Source of the DNA: an uncultured Methanosarcinales archaeon
Lineage (GTDB): Archaea; Nanobdellota; Nanobdellia; Woesearchaeales; JACPIF01
Direction of reading: 5' to 3'
NCBI GenBank assembly: GCA_964602245.1
Contig: CAZRPY010000001.1
Span: forward strand, 152,246 to 216,245
DNA: 64,000 nt
The notes under the pieces are model-generated. The model saw only the letters and a program-made list of their open reading frames with translations. It searched no databases and was not told where the DNA came from. Shown piece after piece: positions 57,230 through 64,000 of this stretch (the stretch's first letter is position 1; each line of letters begins with the position of its first letter). The translations under genes were made by a program, and so were the position numbers.

Positions 57230-59773
57230 TTAAGGTGTTAATTTAGCTACACTAATTAAAGTATTATACCTATCCCAAATTTCATCTGCATAATTTATGT
57301 TTGTCTTGCCCCATCCATTGTAGGCTCTTAGACCTGCTTTATCAATAGTGTAATATATCAGAGTTGTTGTTGGTGCATAGGTATACTCACAAAACCTATC
57401 TTTATTGCATTTTCCATCGCATTTAAAGCCAAGACAAGAATCCGGATAGGGATGAACGCACTCTGAGGGTGAGGAGCAAGAATCTTTGAATTTCCCATAT
57501 TCCTGATTAAATATTTTTAATCCACAATCTATGTTTGATAAAGGATTTTTCTCCCTGTCAGCTGGGCATGTTGCTATTGTTGCTGTATTTTTCTTTGAGA
57601 CTTTCATAAGCCCAAACCATTCATCACCAGGGTCTAGGCTGTAAGCATTTTCATTGCATCCAGATTCCTGCACTATAATTGAAAGAGTAAATAAAGGATC
57701 TATACCATTTTTTTTTGATGACTGAATAATACTTTCTGCATGTTTTTTGCATGGCTCTTTTAGAGAACTTTGTATTGCAGTAGTAGCATCTATTATCTTT
57801 CTTAATCTCTCATGGCTTATTTCTCCAACGCTTTTTGTAGAGTCAATAGCAATAGGCTGCGCTTTTCTGCTAATATAACCAGATGGTAGTCTATTAACAG
57901 TAATGCTTATCTGCTCTGTTATTTTATACTTATAATTAATTTTTGCTCTAAAATATTTAATTGCAATGGGAGTTGCTCCAAGGAATTCCTCTGAGTTGTC
58001 TACGTTTAAATTACATAATATTGTAGTAGGAGTTTTAGCTTCTTTTACCCTTGCAGGATCTCTTTCTAGTTTATATGTCTTATAATTATCATCTTTGGCA
58101 ACCTCTTCACTAAAATCCTTATTCTCTACTAATTTAACATTATAATTTGGGCCACAAGCACTTTTACCTTCTGTTATTGACATTTGCTTTGGCACTTGCA
58201 AATAAATCTCTTTTATTTCAATTACTTGGCCTTTCCAGTTATTGTCTAAAGTAATGCCAAGCCTGGGGGTTATTGTTTCTATGCCTTTTCCAATGCCTAC
58301 TATCTCACTTGAAGTTCCCATGCCAATCATTATTGGACCGTTAGTGTAAACAGCCACAGGCTTCTTTTCAGTAATTCCAAACCTGTCTAAAGGATCAATG
58401 TTTTCTCTTAATAGTTCTCTTAATCTCTGTCTGTCCATAAAATAAGCTTTGACATAACCATATGTAGGAAAGTTCTCAAACTCAGATGAGAGCTTTATAA
58501 CATGGCTGCCTTCTTTTAACTCTTTCATATTACATTCTAGGTCAAAAACATCAAAGCTTTCAACAGTAAACTTATTTCTAGCTACTGTGCCTATTTTATC
58601 AGGGCTATTATCATCTCCTTCATAACAACTAACTGCTATAGTAATTGGAATACTTGGATCAATAGTTCTAGCCCTTAAAACTCCATATACAACAATAGTA
58701 TCGCCTGAATAATATTTAGGATCAGCAGCCTTAACTTTTTCTATATAAACACCTAAAGGCTCTTTTACGTTTCTGTCAACATTGCCTGTGTAATAGTCTC
58801 CTCCAACTGTATAAAGTACTGCTCTATCAAAGCTTTTCTTAACTTGCCCCGGGATGCTTTTGATTGTTGTAACAACATTGCTTAAACCTTTTGTAAAAGA
58901 ATTTCCAAGTTTTGACATTCCATCTATAACATCAATCTTTACTGGCAGGTTTTCAAGGCCACTAAAAGCTTCAGCTGCTGTATCCCAACCTATGACAGCC
59001 CAAAAAATAATTAATGCTGCAAGACCAAGTTTTAATACCCTAGTTCCACCAACACCAAATGTTAGGTAAATTATCCATAACGGTCCAAAAACTGCAATTA
59101 GGATTACTTGAAATATAATATTGTTTGCTAGAAAACTTAAGCCAGGTATATTAGGTAAGTATGGGAAGCCAAAAGCTATAGCAGAAATAATAAAAGGTAT
59201 CCTTAAATCTTCTATATGGAATCGTCCTATCTCGCTTTTAAAAACACCAAATCCTGCCCATAATGTTATAATTGTATAAAATAGCATCCTTATTCTAACA
59301 GGTAGTTGGAAAAAAGTGGAGAGATCTAATAAATAAACAACGATAGTCATGAAAAAAAACGCATTCAAACCAGTTAATGCTCTGGCACCAGCCCTTACTC
59401 CTGAGGCAGTTGCACCAGCAGCAGCACTGCCTATTGTAAGACCGGTCATTAAGCCTCTTCCAGTGCCTCTGGCAGCTCTTAAAGCTTTACTGCCAACATT
59501 TTGCCATCTTCTAGCTTTTTCTTGAGATGCTTGCAAATTTCCCATGCCTGCCATCTGCCTTTGAAGACTGGCTTCATATTGTTGCTCAAATAAATTCATT
59601 TGACTCATTCGCATTTGCTGTTCTCTCTGAGCCTGTGCCATAGCTGCGTTTTGCTGGCTAGAGGATTTCCTTAAATTCTTTACAGAATTAGCCATATTTC
59701 TACTGTATTTAGCAACTATACTTCCAGCACTAGCAAGCCCTCTTCCAATACCAGCAATTATAGGAACTACCAT
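57230..59773 (-). CDS. Multi-pass membrane protein with C-terminal lytic transglycosylase (SLT/lysozyme-like) domain
   Basis: GIDP....SIIVQESG (catalytic Glu), FGLMKV, NP..NIDCG, LRAYNG, NYADEI. Confidence 0.8.
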   Translation of the reverse strand: MVVPIIAGIGRGLASAGSIVAKYSRNMANSVKNLRKSSSQQNAAMAQAQREQQMRMSQMNLFEQQYEASLQRQMAGMGNLQASQEKARRWQNVGSKALRAARGTGRGLMTGLTIGSAAAGATASGVRAGARALTGLNAFFFMTIVVYLLDLSTFFQLPVRIRMLFYTIITLWAGFGVFKSEIGRFHIEDLRIPFIISAIAFGFPYLPNIPGLSFLANNIIFQVILIAVFGPLWIIYLTFGVGGTRVLKLGLAALIIFWAVIGWDTAAEAFSGLENLPVKIDVIDGMSKLGNSFTKGLSNVVTTIKSIPGQVKKSFDRAVLYTVGGDYYTGNVDRNVKEPLGVYIEKVKAADPKYYSGDTIVVYGVLRARTIDPSIPITIAVSCYEGDDNSPDKIGTVARNKFTVESFDVFDLECNMKELKEGSHVIKLSSEFENFPTYGYVKAYFMDRQRLRELLRENIDPLDRFGITEKKPVAVYTNGPIMIGMGTSSEIVGIGKGIETITPRLGITLDNNWKGQVIEIKEIYLQVPKQMSITEGKSACGPNYNVKLVENKDFSEEVAKDDNYKTYKLERDPARVKEAKTPTTILCNLNVDNSEEFLGATPIAIKYFRAKINYKYKITEQISITVNRLPSGYISRKAQPIAIDSTKSVGEISHERLRKIIDATTAIQSSLKEPCKKHAESIIQSSKKNGIDPLFTLSIIVQESGCNENAYSLDPGDEWFGLMKVSKKNTATIATCPADREKNPLSNIDCGLKIFNQEYGKFKDSCSSPSECVHPYPDSCLGFKCDGKCNKDRFCEYTYAPTTTLIYYTIDKAGLRAYNGWGKTNINYADEIWDRYNTLISVAKLTP

Positions 59774-59829
59774 TTGACCTCTTTTATTAAATAATTAAGA
59801 AAATAGCATTTAAACCTTACTAATTCTCG

Positions 59830-59990
59830 GGCTCATTGAAAAGTTCCTCGCATTTGCTCGGTTGCCATCGGTTCGCATTGTCATGTTGCTACAGGTAACA
59901 GGAATTCCTACTTGCAATCTCCCTTCCTGTCTATGTTTAATTTGAAGATGCTCACAAATTGATGGCAACTACAAACTTTTCAATAACGCC
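59830..59990 (+). mobile_element. Structured MITE-like element, copy 3
   Basis: Stems ATTGAAAAGTT/AACTTTTCAAT, GTTGCCATC/GATGGCAAC and ACAGGAA/TTCCTGT; shared motifs; TAATTC on both flanks. Confidence 0.7.
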
Positions 59991-59996
59991 TAATTC

Positions 59997-61166
59997 CTAG
60001 TTACTTTTCAGGCTTACATTCAATTCAACAATATTTAATGTTTCTTTTGGAGTTACTTCAATGAAGTTATTGCCCTCTTCAACAAAACTGTCAATATTCT
60101 TAGTAAATACTGCCCTTGTCTGCTCTACCCTAAACTTATGGCCATTTACACTGATATCAGCGGATTTGCTAGATTTATCATCAATGAAATGCATAGCTAA
60201 AATTACGTCTTTCTTATTATTTTCTACATTGGAGAAATCAGCAGCAGTTATTTCAAAGTAATAGATTATAGATTTAGTTTCTTTTAAGTCAAGATCGAGC
60301 TTTATCTGCTCAATACTATAACTGCCCTTGCTTGACCTGAATACTATGGTATTAGTTCCCTCATTTAAAAGCTCAGGGTTAATATCTAAGGCAACAGTCT
60401 CTTCGCATATAGGAACTGAGGAATAGACATTCTTATTATTTATAGCTAATTCTAAATTTCCAATCTCTTGTTTGCCACAGAATGGAATGAACTTTAGCTG
60501 AGGTCTTTCTATATTCTGAGCCTCAGAGCTGGTAAGGACAAAAGAGTTCTGGCTTTTCTGCCTGCTTAAGTCAGTTATCTCTCCAATAATCTTTACATCC
60601 TCTAAACTATATTCATTTGTTCTCCAGAACTGCCATCCAACACTGCCAACTGAGAATTCTAATGTGTTAGAATCTTTGAGTAAACTTTTCTTGAATTCAA
60701 TTGGCTCAATGTTTTGAGATGTTATTTCATATTGGTAAATAAGTTGACCATTTAGCTTAATTATTAATTCCCCTTTATATTTCTGTACTGTAAATGAGAG
60801 GAAAACATTGTCTGTGTTCTCAAGATTAGGGATATTAAACTCTACTGTTTTATCTCTTTTGTCAAACACACCATTTCTTATGCTGAAAGGAGAGAATTTT
60901 GCTAAAACTTTTGATTCAACTGCTTCAATTAAGTTTACATTTGATATATCGATACTTTTTTTATCTTCAAGCTGGAAGGATAATGTTCCAGGAAATTCTT
61001 CCAATAATACTGAAACATCTACTTTCTTCACGGATTTGCTAGGAGTAGAAGGCTTACCACTATCTTCAAGAAGAGCTTCTCTTTCCTCAGGAGGCAATAT
61101 AACAATGTAAAGTATGATTATTAAAAGTATAATTAAGACTAATGTATTGGCTTGTCCTTTCCTCAT
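59997..61166 (-). CDS. Class III signal peptide surface protein with repeated beta-sandwich domains
   Basis: MRKG|QANT plus TM; three repeats ending L.EG.N.I.F. Confidence 0.7.
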   Translation of the reverse strand: MRKGQANTLVLIILLIIILYIVILPPEEREALLEDSGKPSTPSKSVKKVDVSVLLEEFPGTLSFQLEDKKSIDISNVNLIEAVESKVLAKFSPFSIRNGVFDKRDKTVEFNIPNLENTDNVFLSFTVQKYKGELIIKLNGQLIYQYEITSQNIEPIEFKKSLLKDSNTLEFSVGSVGWQFWRTNEYSLEDVKIIGEITDLSRQKSQNSFVLTSSEAQNIERPQLKFIPFCGKQEIGNLELAINNKNVYSSVPICEETVALDINPELLNEGTNTIVFRSSKGSYSIEQIKLDLDLKETKSIIYYFEITAADFSNVENNKKDVILAMHFIDDKSSKSADISVNGHKFRVEQTRAVFTKNIDSFVEEGNNFIEVTPKETLNIVELNVSLKSN

Positions 61167-61301
61167 TTTGACACCAGTTTTTTAATCCTAATGCTATAAA
61201 AAATTAATTATTGGCTATATAAATGTTATTGTTATAGTTATATTAACTTCAGAGTTGTTTTTAGCAATATGCTTATATACACTTCTAATTCTAAAAATTA
61301 T

Positions 61302-62366
61302 ATGAGAAAGATTTATAGCAATCTGAAGAAAGGAGAAATTAAAGCGCAAGTAACAAATAATGATGACTTGTGGTGCTTATCACAGGTAATAGATGAAGGG
61401 GATTTAATTAAAGGGCATACCGTTAGGAAGATTAAGCTTAAAGATAGCGAAGAAAGAGGCTCAGAAGCAATTAAAAAAACTGTTTTCATATCCATAAAAG
61501 TTGAAAAAGTGGAATTTCATGAATATCAAAATTCTTTAAGAGTTTCTGGTAAGGTTTTAGAAGCCCCAGAAGATATACCAAAAGGAAGCTATCATACCTT
61601 TAATGTTGAACAAAATTCAGTTATAACAATAATTAAAGAAAAATGGCTAAAGTACCAATTGGCCAGGCTGAAAGAAGCCATAGAAGAGCCTAGCAATGCC
61701 TTGATTTGTGTTTTTGACAGAGAAGAGGCTTATTTTGCTTTGCTTAAAAAGTATAAATACGAACTCTTACTTGAGCTAAAAGGGAATGTGCAGAAGAAAA
61801 ATGATGAAAGTAAAGTAACTTCTAATTTTTATTCACAAATCATATCTCATCTGAAAGAATATAGTGATAGATATCACTTAGATACAATAATATTAGCAAG
61901 CCCTGCTTTTTGGAAAGAGTATTTACTTGAAGAGCTTAAAGACGACTCTTTAAGGAAGAAAATAACTTTAGCTACCTGCTCATCTGCTACTATTAATGCT
62001 ATTGATGAAGTAATTAAAAGGGACGAGGTTAAACAAATACTAAAAAAAGATAGGATAGCTAAAGAAACTAGGCTAGTAGAGGAACTTTTTAAAGAAATAG
62101 CAAAAGATAATTTAGCAGCTTATGGCTTTAATGAAGTTGAAGAAGCAGTTAATTTAGGAGCAGTAAAGACATTGCTAGTAGCAGATTCTATTATATTAAA
62201 ATACAGACAAGAAAATAAGTATAATACATTAGAAAAAGTTATGAAAAGAGCTGAGGAAACTGGAGCAGAGGTCGTAATTATTAGTTCTGAACACGAGGCT
62301 GGTAAAAGGTTAATTGGATTAGGAGGGGTTGCAGCACTGTTGAGGTATAAGTTAAGTTATGGTTAA
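61302..62366 (+). CDS. pelA: Pelota (Dom34) ribosome rescue factor
   Basis: DDLW.L, LRVSG, GSYHT, SPAF.K, AYG, LGGVAALLRY. Confidence 0.96.
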   Translation: MRKIYSNLKKGEIKAQVTNNDDLWCLSQVIDEGDLIKGHTVRKIKLKDSEERGSEAIKKTVFISIKVEKVEFHEYQNSLRVSGKVLEAPEDIPKGSYHTFNVEQNSVITIIKEKWLKYQLARLKEAIEEPSNALICVFDREEAYFALLKKYKYELLLELKGNVQKKNDESKVTSNFYSQIISHLKEYSDRYHLDTIILASPAFWKEYLLEELKDDSLRKKITLATCSSATINAIDEVIKRDEVKQILKKDRIAKETRLVEELFKEIAKDNLAAYGFNEVEEAVNLGAVKTLLVADSIILKYRQENKYNTLEKVMKRAEETGAEVVIISSEHEAGKRLIGLGGVAALLRYKLSYG

Positions 62367-62440
62367 TTAATTTCAATCACATCCAAGACGTGATTTAAAA
62401 ATAATTCTGAATTAGAAGTTTATTTAAGGGCTTTGACCCT

Positions 62441-62716
62441 TTATTTCTGTACTAAGTCACTCAACTCAGCACTAACTATAAACTGCTGAGCACCTTGTAA
62501 ATTATTTCTTAGTTGGTGCTTTGCCTGAGGGAATGGCATCTCATCTTTCTTTAATGAAATTAAATACGCAGTCATAGCATCTTTCGCCATAATTCTTGCT
62601 TCACCAAGTGACTCTGCTTCTGTAATGCATCCCGAGAGATCTGGAAACTTAACAATATAACCACCTTCTTCAGCAGGTTCTGCTTTTGCTACATAACTTA
62701 TTGTTTGGCTAGTCAT
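62441..62716 (-). CDS. HicB-family antitoxin (orphan)
   Basis: EEGGYIVKFPDLSGCITEAESLGEA...AKDA. Start is likely at 62716. Confidence 0.85.
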   Translation of the reverse strand: MTSQTISYVAKAEPAEEGGYIVKFPDLSGCITEAESLGEARIMAKDAMTAYLISLKKDEMPFPQAKHQLRNNLQGAQQFIVSAELSDLVQK

Positions 62717-62821
62717 ATTAATCCTCTTATAATAACTAAAAATACAAAGTGGAGACTTATATTTAAAACTTTTTATTTTATTAATAAAAAGCAACAACTG
62801 TATTTTGGTAAACGAAAATTA

Positions 62822-64000
62822 TTATTTCTTTATCCTGCTAACCAATGCAGCCATAGCTCTTGCAGATTTTCTTACATCATTGTAATCAGGAATGTTGTTT
62901 TCCTCTAGATATTTTACACTTGATTTAGTAAATTTACCTCCCATATATGTGCAAATTATTGGCTTTGATGGATATTTTTTATGAGCATCTATAACAATCT
63001 TGGCATCTTCAATAGTATCTGTCATTGTCTGTAGGGTTTGGATAACTATTAATCCAGAAATATAATCTTTTGACAGCAAAGTTTCTATTGCAACCTTATA
63101 TCTTTCAGGTAGAGCATCTCCTACAATGTCAAGAGGATTACTTCTTGAATATGCGTGATGCATTACACCTGAGCTGTCAAGCTCTTCAATTGTTTTTTTA
63201 TCTAACTCAGCTAGATTAATGCCAAATTCAGAGCAATAGTCTGCGCATAAAACACCTGCACCACCGCCATTAGTTACAATAGCAATAGAATTCTTCTTTG
63301 GAATAGGCTGGGTGGCAATGGCTTTTGCAATATCAAACATCTCCTCAACACTTTCTGCTAATATTACTCCACTTTGCTTAAAGGCAGCATTATAAATTTC
63401 ATAGCTGCCAGCTAAGCTTCCTGTGTGAGAGCTAACAGCCTTTATGCCTTGAGCAGTTTTACCAGCCTTTACAGCTATAATTAGCTTATTTTGTGATACT
63501 TTGCTAGCTATTTTAAGGAATTTCCGGCCATCTTTAATTCCTTCTATATAAAGAGTTATTACCTTAGTTTCTTTGTCTTTGCCAAAATATTCAATAAAAT
63601 CTGAAATATCCAAGTGAGCAGAATTTCCTAGACTGACTATGCTACTAAAGCCATATCTTTCCTCAATTGCCCAATCAATTATTGAGTCTGCTAAAGCCCC
63701 TGATTGAGAGATAAAAGCTATGTTGCCTTTTGGAGGCATGCTTGGAGCAAAACTTGCATTAAGATGATTACTAGTTCTTATGATGCCTAAACAATTTGGG
63801 CCTATTAACAGGATTTTTGCTTTTCTCAGTTTTTTAACAATCCTTTCCTGCAACTTCTTTCCTTCTCTGCCAGACTCGGAAAATCCTGAAGAAATAATTA
63901 TTAAACCTTTAACCTTTTTTTTAATGCAAAGTTCAACTTGTTTTTCAACAAGGTTTGCAGGAACTGCTATGATTGCTAAGTCAACATTATCTTTAATGCT
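62822..64000 (-). CDS. ADP-forming acetate-CoA ligase alpha subunit (5' end outside window)
   Basis: IISSGFSE, GPNCLG, SQSGA, SHTGSLAG, TNGGG.G, NPLD; the frame stays open to the window end. Confidence 0.93.
   Translation of the reverse strand, partial: SIKDNVDLAIIAVPANLVEKQVELCIKKKVKGLIIISSGFSESGREGKKLQERIVKKLRKAKILLIGPNCLGIIRTSNHLNASFAPSMPPKGNIAFISQSGALADSIIDWAIEERYGFSSIVSLGNSAHLDISDFIEYFGKDKETKVITLYIEGIKDGRKFLKIASKVSQNKLIIAVKAGKTAQGIKAVSSHTGSLAGSYEIYNAAFKQSGVILAESVEEMFDIAKAIATQPIPKKNSIAIVTNGGGAGVLCADYCSEFGINLAELDKKTIEELDSSGVMHHAYSRSNPLDIVGDALPERYKVAIETLLSKDYISGLIVIQTLQTMTDTIEDAKIVIDAHKKYPSKPIICTYMGGKFTKSSVKYLEENNIPDYNDVRKSARAMAALVSRIKK

Overview
AT-rich archaeal chromosome segment, most consistent with a DPANN archaeon (Woesearchaeota/Pacearchaeota-like). 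Evidence: TBP, MCM, PolD, Cdc6, Hjc, EndA, FEN1, PAN, RFC-S, pelota and many class III signal-peptide proteins. There are four parts. (1) 0.7-20.6 kb: a minus-strand cluster of about 18 pilin-like proteins plus two very large Cys-rich surface proteins. One pilin-like protein carries an intact M15 D,D-peptidase domain and another carries a degenerate amidase_3-like domain. (2) 20.6-26.3 kb: an AT-richer island with speD, a membrane-fused speE and a UbiA-family gene. (3) 26.4-54 kb: core informational genes around a probable oriC next to cdc6, plus a solo Cas4-family nuclease. (4) 54-61 kb: three paralogous lipoproteins and a membrane protein ending in a lytic transglycosylase (SLT) domain. The best candidate system is a surface/pilus apparatus carrying peptidoglycan-directed domains in an organism that has no peptidoglycan. 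Non-coding highlights are a three-copy structured element whose stems covary between copies, a hairpin array with conserved linkers downstream of cas4, a promoter motif shared by mcm and cas4, and a candidate box C/D sRNA. All calls come from reading motifs by eye; no searches were run.
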